Below, piece after piece: positions 47,441 through 57,135 of a stretch of 64,000 nucleotides of DNA. This stretch comes from a virus: positions 1 to 64,000 of IMG/VR virus record IMGVR_UViG_3300014613_000020, one strand, 5' to 3'. Position numbers and translations under genes: made by a program. Position 1 is the stretch's first letter. Every line of letters begins with the position of its first letter. The notes under the pieces were generated by a model. The model ran no database searches. It was not told the DNA's origin and was given only the letters and a program-made list of their open reading frames with translations.

Positions 47441-48523
47441 ATGAAAGCAATAGTAAATCAAGGAATGTTAGCTCACGGATTATCAATCGTTGGCAGGGCG
47501 GTGGCAGGAAGGTCAACTTTGCCAATTCTAGGCAATGTGATGGTGTCCACCGGTAGCGAAGGACTGACATTGTCAGCTACGAACTTGGAATTGATGATAA
47601 GTTGCAGAGTAACCGCGGAAGTGCGAGAAGAAGGTGCAACCACGATACCGGCAAGGACTCTGACAGACCTTGTCCGAGCTCTTCCCGACTCACCAATATC
47701 ACTGTCGGTGAGTGAGAATGAGAACACCACGTTGACGTGTGACGGGTCGAGATCACGAATAAAAGGGATACCTGCTGTTGAGTTCCCAAACATCTATCCG
47801 TTCCCCGAAGACAACTCCTTGACATTGTTGGGAATCGGTGGTATAATTAAACAAGTCGCAATGGCAGCGGCAACGGACACGTCAAGGCCGGTGTTGGAAG
47901 GTGTGTTGGTAGAACTGTCCGACAACAAACTCATCATGGCAGCGGCAGATGGATTCAGACTAGCGGTATGCAATGTGGATACAGGCGTTAACGGCAGCAT
48001 ATCTGTTATCATCCCCGCTAAAGCATTATCAGAAGTGGCGAAGATGGATGGTGAAGTTGAACTGTCACTGAGTGAGAACAGGGCATTCTTTAGAAGTGGG
48101 GGTGTGCTGTTGGTCACACAACTGATAGAAGGCAAGTTCCCCGACTATAACCAGATAATACCCAAGGATTGGACTACAAGGACCGAACTCAGGACTCAGG
48201 ACTTGTTGCACGCCGTCAGGATGGCGAGTGTGTTTGCGAGAGATTCGTCAGACATCATTAAATTGGCAGTTGATGAGAACAGTTGCGTCGTGTCGGCTCA
48301 GAGCGCTGAGACGGGTGACCATTCAGGCAAGATAGACGTGGATTCGGAAGGGAGTGACTTGCTGATAGGGGTGAATGGCAAGTATCTGATGGATTCACTG
48401 AGTGTGATGGGAACCGACAAAGTGACGATAGACATGCAGGGACCGTCAAATCCAATGGTGATTCGTCCTGTGGATGGTGGTGACCTGACGCACGTTGTGA
48501 TGCCAGTACATATATCAGAATGA
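47441..48523 (+). CDS. dnaN: DNA polymerase III beta sliding clamp
   Basis: STLPILGN, SATNLE, AADGFRLA, EGKFPDY, VVMPV. Confidence 0.95.
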   Translation: MKAIVNQGMLAHGLSIVGRAVAGRSTLPILGNVMVSTGSEGLTLSATNLELMISCRVTAEVREEGATTIPARTLTDLVRALPDSPISLSVSENENTTLTCDGSRSRIKGIPAVEFPNIYPFPEDNSLTLLGIGGIIKQVAMAAATDTSRPVLEGVLVELSDNKLIMAAADGFRLAVCNVDTGVNGSISVIIPAKALSEVAKMDGEVELSLSENRAFFRSGGVLLVTQLIEGKFPDYNQIIPKDWTTRTELRTQDLLHAVRMASVFARDSSDIIKLAVDENSCVVSAQSAETGDHSGKIDVDSEGSDLLIGVNGKYLMDSLSVMGTDKVTIDMQGPSNPMVIRPVDGGDLTHVVMPVHISE

Positions 48524-49263
48524 CAGACATGTTAGGACCATACCAATTGAATACCATCGTCACAGGTGACGCGAGAGAGTTGTCAAAGGCAATTCCTGAT
48601 GAGTCTGTCGATTTGATATTCACCGATCCACCATGGGGGGTGGAGTATAAATATCCTAGTGAGTTTGTAGATTCATGGGAAGGATATAAGGATTTTGTGG
48701 AATGGCTTGTAGGAGAATGCCAACGAATTCTGAGACCCGGTGCGTTTGCTTTTGTCTATCAAGGAACAAAGCGTTTGCAAGATACGTATTCAATATTCCC
48801 AAGTGGGAGTCGTTTATTTGCCGATTGCAAAACTTTTATCCAACTCAAGGGACTTCCGGTTGAATTCGCTGTAGACTATATTGTGTTTTGGCAAAAATTG
48901 GGCCTGTTTGCGCTTACTGGTATGTGTAGGGATTGGCATAGAGCGAATACGTCTAGGACAATCCACAAGAGTCGTGATACAAAATTGTGGTTGACAAATG
49001 GGGCAAAGATACCACCACCACGACCTCTAGAGAGCTGTGTTTATATTATAAATCAAATGTGCTTACAAGGTGCTATAGTTATGGATTTTTTTGTTGGGAG
49101 TGGTACAACTGCTGTAGCATGTAAGGTATTAGGTCGTAACTATCTGGCCTTTGAGATAGATCCTGAAACTGCTGAGATTGCCCGTCAACGAGTAGTACAG
49201 ACACAACCACCTCTTTTTGTACAAAAACAGGAACAATTATCATTGAATATTGGAGATGAATGA
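48520..49263 (+). CDS. DNA methyltransferase
   Basis: TDPPW, DFFVGSGTT, FEID. Confidence 0.85.
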   Translation: MTDMLGPYQLNTIVTGDARELSKAIPDESVDLIFTDPPWGVEYKYPSEFVDSWEGYKDFVEWLVGECQRILRPGAFAFVYQGTKRLQDTYSIFPSGSRLFADCKTFIQLKGLPVEFAVDYIVFWQKLGLFALTGMCRDWHRANTSRTIHKSRDTKLWLTNGAKIPPPRPLESCVYIINQMCLQGAIVMDFFVGSGTTAVACKVLGRNYLAFEIDPETAEIARQRVVQTQPPLFVQKQEQLSLNIGDE

Positions 49264-50003
49264 CAGAAAACAAACTAGACATTCAGAGCATTGAATTCAC
49301 CCCGAATCTTGTCACGTCACTTCACAGTGTGTTGAACAGTGATGATAGCGGGTCGATTGAGCAGACATTCACATTTCTTGACAGCGTCACATCCCTTGCC
49401 ACCGAGCAGTTAGAGAAGGCAAGGAAGATACAAGCGCTGTCCCTGTGGCTCATATCAGAACTGTGGGGCAGACTGCCTTACAAAATAACATTGCTATGGC
49501 ATGATTACATGGATTGGGCGCGGATGCGAACGGGCTATGACGATAGCACAGTTTACAATTACATTCGCGCTGCTAGAGTGTGGTACACTCCTGACCTTAT
49601 ACTACCAAAGGTCGTTCTGTGTGATGAAGAAGGGCATGAGCTGATAAACGGAACTATAGGTTCTATCGTATCAGTCACACCTGACACATTATCAGTTCCC
49701 ATATCCAAGTTGATACTGACTGCCACATCATTTGAGAACGGTGAGCTTACAGACATACAGTTGGGGCAGCTGTTCAACGACAGAGTGACATTTGGGCAGA
49801 TGCACAACAGCCTACGTGAGCAACGCCTTCTTGGGTCGGGCAAGCCAATGACACGATTCTACCTTGATGGGGTGCATCTGATGATAGTGGAGAACAGCAT
49901 GAGTGAAGCGTTTGGCGAGTTGTACTTGTATGATATAGACAAACCATTGGTGCGTAAAGGCATCGACCATATTTTGATAGCATCGGGAATAGTGAGGCCC
50001 TAA
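49260..50003 (+). CDS. hypothetical protein
   Basis: ATGA overlap. Confidence 0.5.
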   Translation: MTENKLDIQSIEFTPNLVTSLHSVLNSDDSGSIEQTFTFLDSVTSLATEQLEKARKIQALSLWLISELWGRLPYKITLLWHDYMDWARMRTGYDDSTVYNYIRAARVWYTPDLILPKVVLCDEEGHELINGTIGSIVSVTPDTLSVPISKLILTATSFENGELTDIQLGQLFNDRVTFGQMHNSLREQRLLGSGKPMTRFYLDGVHLMIVENSMSEAFGELYLYDIDKPLVRKGIDHILIASGIVRP

Positions 50004-50536
50004 TGATTAGAGTGAAGGTATTGGGTGAGGCGGGATACGAACACGCACTGCTAGGACTGAGTCTAAGCTATAATGTAGATGTAGATAAAATGCCAAAGGT
50101 GGCTGAGCGATTATCAATTAGGGATAACGGGGAGAACAAGTTTCTTGAGAGTATGGTGATTTGGTTGGAGATAAGAGCACCAAGATACTGGTTTCAGCAA
50201 TTTTCGACTTATCGCGTTGGTGTTACTACACAGTCTGAATCTACCATGCACACCATAATGCGTCGGCATTTGACGGGTGCCGATTTTAGTGGGTCTGTAA
50301 GACTAGACCACATTTCTTGGCTTAATAGTCTAATAAATAGGGGTGATTTTCAACGGGTAAAAGCGAACTTGCCTGAAGGATTTATGCAGAGAAGGGTTGT
50401 GTGCATGAATTACAAATCGCTCCGGCATATGTTCTCACAGAGATACAATCACAGGTTGCATGAATGGCATGATTTCCTAAATGGTGTATTGGAGCAGATA
50501 GGGCATCCTGAGTTTATTGGGAATAAGGAGAACTAA
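50003..50536 (+). CDS. thyX: ThyX-like flavin-dependent thymidylate synthase family (divergent)
   Basis: APRYWFQQFSTYR..TTQSESTMH; LPEG; NYKSLR; QR. Confidence 0.6.
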   Translation: MIRVKVLGEAGYEHALLGLSLSYNVDVDKMPKVAERLSIRDNGENKFLESMVIWLEIRAPRYWFQQFSTYRVGVTTQSESTMHTIMRRHLTGADFSGSVRLDHISWLNSLINRGDFQRVKANLPEGFMQRRVVCMNYKSLRHMFSQRYNHRLHEWHDFLNGVLEQIGHPEFIGNKEN

Positions 50537-52092
50537 TGGGAATAAAAATTTATGGGCCGCACATACAGGATATAACTGAATATGATTACATGGTGGGGTG
50601 GGTGAAGGACAATCGACCAAAGATCGTTAAGGACATGGAAGACAATTCCGAGTTTATCAAAGCGTGTCAGGAGTATGTGGGCTTTTGGTTGTACCGGGCA
50701 TTCACGGAAGATCAGTCTGTGGAGAATCCAGCAAAGGCTGCACAGAGACATTACGACAGATTGATGAATAAGGCGGCTGTTCAATACATGCGCGATTCTG
50801 GCATTTACTTTGCCTGCGAGGGGTTTAATGAGATAAACACAGGTCATGGTCAAGACTTTAACAAACTTTGCGCAATGGATGTTGAGCTTGCACGATTGCT
50901 AAAAAGAGAAGGAATATTGTACTGTGCCGGCAGTGTAGGGGTAGGGCATCCAGCACTACACTATAAGGATTACTGGCCTATTGACATAAATGATCCTAGT
51001 CTCTCACCAGAAGATAGGGCAAGAGCGGTTCCATTGCATAAATATGAGCCGTTTCTGGAAGTCCTGTCGGTAGTTTTTGCCTATGGAATTCATGAATACT
51101 TCGCACCGCGGATGGACGATGTGCGGAACCTTGACCTAGGTGAACCCGGAACGGGATGGTGGCTGCAACGCTACAGAAAGTGGTATCCCAAATTGGCTGC
51201 TCAATATAAGGTTCACCTTATTATATCCGAGACGTGCATAGACTCGGGTGCACCACACTTCTGGCCTGGTGCTCAGGGTGGGTGGCAGTCGTTTGGTTCT
51301 GAGAACATGGATCTAAAAATACAGGATACGATAGCACAGTTAGAAGTATATGGTGCTGAGTTAATATCAGATGGTGTGTTCGGCGCTACTCCTTTTTTGT
51401 GGGGGACAAAGGATAAGCACAACTGGGGGTCGTTTGACTGGTTGGAACCAAGGGGAGCGAGTGAAGCGTTTGGTGTGTTGGTAAAGGATGGCATACTCGT
51501 GGAAGAACCTGAATTTGATTGGATTGACATTCGTGATACCATTCAAGTGCATGAGAACTATCCTTATGGCAAAGAAAAGACAGATGAGTTTTTGTACAAA
51601 AGCAGAAAACTAACAGATATAGATACAGTTATTTTTCATCATACAGGTTGGAAACCGGTTGGTCCTGATCCTATAGCGCGTTATCATGTTGAAGATTTAG
51701 GATGGCCTGGACCTGGATATACTTTTCTAATAACACCTGATGGTAAGAAATATTACATGAATGACCTTACTATTGCTACGTTTCATGCTAAGCAATACAA
51801 TATGAAATCTATAGCAATAGCAATAGAAGGCAATTTTATGAATGGAAATAGGCCAACAGATGCACAGATGGTATCAGCTACTAAGCTATTAAAGGACTTG
51901 CGTACACATTTTCAGTATAGTCGAGTTGTAGGCCATAAGGAACTATTGCCTACTGATTGCCCTGGTGACGGTTGGTCTGTGTTAGAACTACTGTCTGACG
52001 AAGAGGATTGGAAAAAACGAGCATTGATGGCAGAGGCAATGAACACAGAGTATGAGGAATTGATCGCAGACGTACATCAAATGACGGGATGA
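50536..52092 (+). CDS. endolysin: glycoside-hydrolase-like N-terminus plus Amidase_2
   Basis: FNE/HEY/ISET; IFHHT, YTFLI, FHA, GHKE, CPG. Confidence 0.8.
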   Translation: MGIKIYGPHIQDITEYDYMVGWVKDNRPKIVKDMEDNSEFIKACQEYVGFWLYRAFTEDQSVENPAKAAQRHYDRLMNKAAVQYMRDSGIYFACEGFNEINTGHGQDFNKLCAMDVELARLLKREGILYCAGSVGVGHPALHYKDYWPIDINDPSLSPEDRARAVPLHKYEPFLEVLSVVFAYGIHEYFAPRMDDVRNLDLGEPGTGWWLQRYRKWYPKLAAQYKVHLIISETCIDSGAPHFWPGAQGGWQSFGSENMDLKIQDTIAQLEVYGAELISDGVFGATPFLWGTKDKHNWGSFDWLEPRGASEAFGVLVKDGILVEEPEFDWIDIRDTIQVHENYPYGKEKTDEFLYKSRKLTDIDTVIFHHTGWKPVGPDPIARYHVEDLGWPGPGYTFLITPDGKKYYMNDLTIATFHAKQYNMKSIAIAIEGNFMNGNRPTDAQMVSATKLLKDLRTHFQYSRVVGHKELLPTDCPGDGWSVLELLSDEEDWKKRALMAEAMNTEYEELIADVHQMTG

Positions 52093-52096
52093 TACT

Positions 52097-52465
52097 ATGT
52101 TTGACCCTGTTGAGATGAATGTACAGATGATGAAAAAGGATCAAGAATGGGTTTGGTGTGAGAGATTACGCTACCATCTGCTGATGACCAGGCGATATTG
52201 CGATAGATGTGGGAAAATTCTCATCGGTGCTGAGGTGCATGAGGGGATTGTGACACGACAGGATGTGAGAGGATGGAAATATCCTGACAAGGGAAGGATA
52301 TTTAGCGAATACAATTCTATGCTCCTGTGCCCCGACTGCCACCGTCCCAGTCCACCTAGTAGGACAGAATGTTGGACAGTTTTATGCAAAAGATATGGAG
52401 AGGAGGTGGTAAAGAAGTGGTATTTTGATTTGCCTTGGAGAATTGGACCACCTAGATACTTTTAA
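52097..52465 (+). CDS. HNH-like protein
   Basis: CDRCG..EVHE...NSMLLCPDCH. Confidence 0.65.
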   Translation: MFDPVEMNVQMMKKDQEWVWCERLRYHLLMTRRYCDRCGKILIGAEVHEGIVTRQDVRGWKYPDKGRIFSEYNSMLLCPDCHRPSPPSRTECWTVLCKRYGEEVVKKWYFDLPWRIGPPRYF

Positions 52466-52489
52466 TTATGAGTGAGAGGAAGAGAAAGA

Positions 52490-52819
52490 ATGTTCAAACG
52501 AAGAGTTCCAGAACAGAAAATGTACAGACAAGGTGATTTGCTAATAAAATCGATTTTGAAGATTCCAAATGGTTCTAAGGAACTTGATGGACAGGTGATA
52601 GCATATGGGGAGCACACAGGACACACCCATCAATTGGATAGTGATGCTGCTAGGGTATACACAAAAACGGGTGAGGACTTGTACTTCACTGTCGCCATTC
52701 CCACGACGCTGACACACGATGAGCATGGGCCAATCGAGTTGGACACCGGTGCCTATCAGGTTGTTCACCAAAGAGAGTTCATAGAACCAAAGAGACCCCC
52801 ACAGCGCAATTGGGACTAG
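52490..52819 (+). CDS. conserved phage His-rich protein
   Basis: RQGDL...GEHTGHTH...HDEH...QRE. Confidence 0.6.
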   Translation: MFKRRVPEQKMYRQGDLLIKSILKIPNGSKELDGQVIAYGEHTGHTHQLDSDAARVYTKTGEDLYFTVAIPTTLTHDEHGPIELDTGAYQVVHQREFIEPKRPPQRNWD

Positions 52820-52880
52820 GATTGATAGAAGGTGGTGGAGGTTAACAGTCTCCACCATCTAGATTGTATGGTGATGAGTT

Positions 52881-53441
52881 ATGGATAATGAATTATGGTG
52901 TTTAGTACCTCCCCTCTCAATATTTCTTATTCTGGTGGTTTTGAACATAAGATCGGAAATCGTTCTTAATAGACGAGGAGAGAGAACACTAAACACATGT
53001 AGTGAATGTGGACATTTTGATTTTCATGTAGGGAATTATGGAAGACGTGTTTGGGCATGTAGAATTCCAGAATTCACTCTGACCCCCGATGGATTAACCA
53101 AAGGCTTGATAATAGGTGAGAATCCAGCTTGTGCTGAGTTTTCCGGCAGATTTGGCAGAGAAACGGTTTTGCGTCACCAAAGAGATCCAAGGGTAGCTCC
53201 TCGTAATGATTCCCTTGGCAGAGAATGGGAGGTACGTGATTTTCGACTTTCCGGTGAAGATGGTGACTTATTTCTTTTGGCCATTAGAAGAGAGCGGTAT
53301 CTTGTCATGAAAGATCCGCATGAAGGTGGTGAATATTCTTGTCTGCGTGTTCCTAACGAAATGAATGATGCTATTGAGGCACATGCTTGGACATTTTCTT
53401 TGTCGAAGAAGGAGTATCTAAATTTGAGGAAACAAACTTAG
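52881..53441 (+). CDS. membrane-anchored protein, DUF6745-like C-terminus (paralogue A)
   Basis: N-terminal TM; MKDP...LRVP.....EAHAWTF. Confidence 0.55.
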   Translation: MDNELWCLVPPLSIFLILVVLNIRSEIVLNRRGERTLNTCSECGHFDFHVGNYGRRVWACRIPEFTLTPDGLTKGLIIGENPACAEFSGRFGRETVLRHQRDPRVAPRNDSLGREWEVRDFRLSGEDGDLFLLAIRRERYLVMKDPHEGGEYSCLRVPNEMNDAIEAHAWTFSLSKKEYLNLRKQT

Positions 53442-53502
53442 ATTGAAAAATGGTAGTGGGGATTAATAATTTCTACTACCATTTCATCAATAAGGAACTG
53501 TA

Positions 53503-53922
53503 ATGGATAGCAATATTATTCAGGGGGTGCTTCTAATTTTAGTTAGGGTGGTGTTAATGCTTATGGCATTATCACTCCTTACGATGGTAAGTTTGCCAAT
53601 GTTCCGAAGTACACACCGAGAATCTCCCCAGTTTGTAATCCACCCTCATAGTTCTACTATGCGTGATCCCAGACTTAGACAATCAAATAATGCATCTCAT
53701 CAAAATTGGGAAATAGTTGACAGTAATGTTGACAGTGAATCTGGGGATTTGGTTCTTTTTGCTGTAGGTAGGCAAAGATTCTTAATCATGAAAGACCCAC
53801 ATGGTAAAGGTGAATACTATAATTTGAGAGTGCCGGATAGTATGAATGACGCGAGAGAAGCACACGCTTGGACATTCTCATTGACCAAAGAAGAGTATCT
53901 TAATCTAAGGAAACAAACATGA
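53503..53922 (+). CDS. membrane-anchored protein, DUF6745-like C-terminus (paralogue B)
   Basis: C-terminal ~60 aa very similar to paralogue A. Confidence 0.55.
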   Translation: MDSNIIQGVLLILVRVVLMLMALSLLTMVSLPMFRSTHRESPQFVIHPHSSTMRDPRLRQSNNASHQNWEIVDSNVDSESGDLVLFAVGRQRFLIMKDPHGKGEYYNLRVPDSMNDAREAHAWTFSLTKEEYLNLRKQT

Positions 53923-54122
53923 AAGAGCCAATAGCGATTGGAATGATTCTGTTAATAGCAGGTGTGTCATTGTGGCATTCTATGTGTTCTATTGGTGAGT
54001 TAAAACGGTCCGCTATGCATAGGACGGAGATGGAACGCAGATTGACGTGGTTTCATTTTAAGCGGATTATCATTATATCAGTTGGGTTAGTAGTAGGTGG
54101 TATGGTATGGTTAAATATGTAG
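53919..54122 (+). CDS. small 2-TM membrane protein
   Basis: hydrophobic helices. Confidence 0.45.
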   Translation: MKEPIAIGMILLIAGVSLWHSMCSIGELKRSAMHRTEMERRLTWFHFKRIIIISVGLVVGGMVWLNM

Positions 54123-54148
54123 TTTTGTACAAAAGTTAGGAGGCGAAC

Positions 54149-54682
54149 ATGGAGGAGAAGAGACAACCTTGGGATAGGTTGCCAAACGAACCATCAATGT
54201 GGTTCAATCGGTTTGAGTATTACAGACTGTTGGGACCAGACAGAACGTTTCAGGGCACTTTCGAGATATGGAACGAGAGGGACAACAAACGGAAAAATAA
54301 ACCAAATGTAGCAGGCCATCCACACCCACAGTGGTATGAGCGGGCGGAACAGTGGCAGTGGAAAGAGCGGGCAGCAGAGTGGGACAATTGGGTGTGGAAG
54401 GAGCGGGTAAGTCAGGAACAAGATGCCATCAGGGAAATGACAAAACGCCACATAGAATTAGGAATGGAAATGCAGGATGTGGGGGGAAAGGCTTTAGGGG
54501 ATGAGAAGAATGTGGTTGGTATGGGGGATGCAAGACTGCTTATCAAGGACGGTGCGGACTTAGAACGTAGGGCTAGGGGTCTGCCCGACTATCTATTGGA
54601 AATCAGTGGTATGACAGACGAGGAGTTATTGGAGGAATATGAGCGGGTTGTCGCGGAAGAGACAGTTAGAACTACTAATTGA
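54149..54682 (+). CDS. terminase small subunit (putative)
   Basis: WKERAAEWD motif; directly upstream of large subunit. Confidence 0.7.
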   Translation: MEEKRQPWDRLPNEPSMWFNRFEYYRLLGPDRTFQGTFEIWNERDNKRKNKPNVAGHPHPQWYERAEQWQWKERAAEWDNWVWKERVSQEQDAIREMTKRHIELGMEMQDVGGKALGDEKNVVGMGDARLLIKDGADLERRARGLPDYLLEISGMTDEELLEEYERVVAEETVRTTN

Positions 54683-56210
54683 GCATCGTGGTCTACAAGG
54701 TCAAGTGGAACAAGGCAGTTCCAAATTTACTGACTTCCAAGAAAAGTACAGATATGACCCTCTGGGGTTTGTTCGTGATTGTATAGTATTTGATAAGGGT
54801 GGTTCTGCTACACCTTATCAAGAAGAGATTCTTGGGCGGTTGCCAACAGAGAAACGTATTGCGGTTAGGGGGCCTCATGGGTTAGGAAAAACGAGCCTTT
54901 CAGCATGGATAGTTCTGTGGGCAATTTTGACGGCTGATGATGTGAAAGTACCCACAACAGCATCAGCTTGGAGACAATTATCAAAGTTCCTTTGGCCTGA
55001 AGTGCATAAGTGGGCTGTAAGATTGAGATGGGATAAGATTGGCAGAGAGCCATTCAAGGACAAGGTTGAGTTATTGGCATTATCGTTGAAACGCAGTCCC
55101 ATCTGTGAGTCATTTGCTGTCGCATCAAATAACGCTGCGTTGATTGAAGGTGCGCATGCCAAACGGATTGTTTATATATATGATGAGGCAAAAATTATTC
55201 CTCCAGAAACATGGGATGCTGCCGAAGGGGCATTCTCATCTGCTGGGGAAGATACCGACTTTGAGGCATTTGCTCTGGCGGTCAGCACACCTGGTGAGCC
55301 AATAGGGCGATTCTACGACATCCATAGACGTGCTCCTGGGTATGAGGATTGGTGGGTAAGGCATGTCACAAAGAAGGAGGCTCTCAGTGCCGGCAGAATG
55401 TCCACTGAATGGGCTGAGGATCGCAAACGGCAATGGGGTGAGGAGTCTACTGTCTATCAGAATCGCGTATTAGGTGAATTTGCTACCGGTGGTGAGTATG
55501 CCATCATACCATTGGCATGGGTAGAGGAATCTAACTCTAGATGGCAGGAATGGAATGACGCCGGGCGGCCATACCTTGGCAGTGCCCACGCATTTGGGTT
55601 GGATGTGGCACGATATGGGGAGGACAAGAGTGCCTTAGTTGAGCGTTCTGACAGGGCTGTGACATCTATAGAGAAATGGGGGATGCTCGACACCATGCAG
55701 ACAGCAGGCAAGGTTAAAAACAAGATAGGTGATAGAAAAACGAATGTCGATGTTATTGGGATTGGTTCAGGTGTATTTGACAGATTGAGGGAGCAGGGAT
55801 GTAATGTCGAGGCGGTAAACTTTGCTGAGGGCACGAGACGGAAGGACAAAAGTGGGGAAGTGGAGATGCTGAATGTTCGTGCTGCTGCGTGGTGGGGACT
55901 GAGGGAGAGATTGGACCCCGCAGACGAGGGCGCTATTTTATTGCCACCCGACGATGACCTGACTGGCGACCTGACAGCTCCACACTATGAGTACACATCT
56001 AGTGGGGCGTTGAAGGTAGAGGCAAAAGAGGAAATTAGGAAACGATTGGAACGAAGTCCTGACGTGGGAGATGCGGTTGTGTTGGCGTTTTGGGAACCAC
56101 ATCCCAACAGACAATCAGCGCGAGACCAACCAGGTGGGGAAAGTAGGTGGGGGGCTGCTGATAAACGTTCTGACAGAAGGCCATCAGGCCAAAGTCGGTG
56201 GAAAATGTAA
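54639..56210 (+). CDS. terL: terminase large subunit
   Basis: GPHGLGKT, YDEA, GLDVARYGED, RSPDVGDA. Confidence 0.92.
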   Translation: MSGLSRKRQLELLIEHRGLQGQVEQGSSKFTDFQEKYRYDPLGFVRDCIVFDKGGSATPYQEEILGRLPTEKRIAVRGPHGLGKTSLSAWIVLWAILTADDVKVPTTASAWRQLSKFLWPEVHKWAVRLRWDKIGREPFKDKVELLALSLKRSPICESFAVASNNAALIEGAHAKRIVYIYDEAKIIPPETWDAAEGAFSSAGEDTDFEAFALAVSTPGEPIGRFYDIHRRAPGYEDWWVRHVTKKEALSAGRMSTEWAEDRKRQWGEESTVYQNRVLGEFATGGEYAIIPLAWVEESNSRWQEWNDAGRPYLGSAHAFGLDVARYGEDKSALVERSDRAVTSIEKWGMLDTMQTAGKVKNKIGDRKTNVDVIGIGSGVFDRLREQGCNVEAVNFAEGTRRKDKSGEVEMLNVRAAAWWGLRERLDPADEGAILLPPDDDLTGDLTAPHYEYTSSGALKVEAKEEIRKRLERSPDVGDAVVLAFWEPHPNRQSARDQPGGESRWGAADKRSDRRPSGQSRWKM

Positions 56211-56218
56211 CGATTCAC

Positions 56219-56247
56219 TTGACTTTTTGATGGAAGTAGTGTATACT
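56219..56247 (+). promoter_or_regulatory. sigma70 promoter
   Basis: TTGACT-17-TATACT. Confidence 0.7.
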
Positions 56248-56287
56248 GTAGTCAGAGGCTTAAAACTTACATATAAGGAGAGAATGA

Positions 56288-57028
56288 ATGGATAGACGCG
56301 AGTTTCTTAAGGATGCGGTATTAGCAGCAGCAGGAGTTTTTATTGGACCGAAGTTTGGTGGCATAGATGGCGATATAAAATCTCTAAAGCTTAGGGGCAA
56401 GGATGTTACTGAGATTATCTGTGTTATTGACAGAAGCGGCTCAATGGGGAATATAAGAGATTCTGCAATTGAGTCACTCAACAAGTTTTTGGAAGAGCAG
56501 CAGAAGCTCCCCGGCAGAGCAAATTTGACCCTTGTATTTTTCAGCAATACTTGTGAATTAGTACTCGAAGGTGTTGATATTCAGGCTGTTGAGAAGTTTA
56601 CCAAGGAGACGTACATCCCTAATGGGAGTACTGCTTTGCTGGATGCAGTGGGCACATCAATTGATTCAACCTATGAAAGGCTAATGAATACCCCAGAACG
56701 TGAGAGAACGGGCAAAATCATTTGTCTTATCCTGACCGATGGTGAGGAAAATGCCAGTTGTGAATACACGTTTAATCAGATCAAATCTAAGATAACACAA
56801 ATTCAAGATGAGGAGAATTGGAAGTTTGTTTTTCTCGGGGCTAACCAAGATGCTTTCACTACAGGACAAGGGATGGGTATTCCTGTGGCTTCCACTTCAA
56901 GTTTTGCTGCCACAAGGGGCGGTGTTATAATGGCAGGTAATCTTGCTTCCAATACTATAACGTCATTTAGGAGAGCTCCTGACAGCTTTACTGGAATAGT
57001 TGACAGTGACAATGACAAGGAGAAATGA
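56288..57028 (+). CDS. vWA domain protein with twin-arginine-like N-terminus
   Basis: DRSGSM MIDAS, TALLDA, LTDGEEN; MDRREFLK. Confidence 0.85.
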   Translation: MDRREFLKDAVLAAAGVFIGPKFGGIDGDIKSLKLRGKDVTEIICVIDRSGSMGNIRDSAIESLNKFLEEQQKLPGRANLTLVFFSNTCELVLEGVDIQAVEKFTKETYIPNGSTALLDAVGTSIDSTYERLMNTPERERTGKIICLILTDGEENASCEYTFNQIKSKITQIQDEENWKFVFLGANQDAFTTGQGMGIPVASTSSFAATRGGVIMAGNLASNTITSFRRAPDSFTGIVDSDNDKEK

Positions 57029-57037
57029 GAGAATGGT

Positions 57038-57108
57038 GTGGGGATAGGTTAGTGGCAAACTACCTGGATGTGGCCCAGGCGACCTGAGTTCGAGTCTCAG
57101 TCCTCACT
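57038..57108 (+). tRNA. tRNA-His(GTG), atypical
   Basis: cloverleaf: GTGGGGA/TCCTCAC, CCTGG-ATGTGGC-CCAGG, CTGAG-TTCGAGT-CTCAG; no encoded CCA. Confidence 0.8.
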
Positions 57109-57135
57109 TGGGTTTTGTACAAAAGGAAGGAAGGA

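Noticed and set aside
34177-56210. Inteins or introns in helicases, polymerase or terminase
   Set aside because: Lengths are normal and no splicing or LAGLIDADG motifs were seen.
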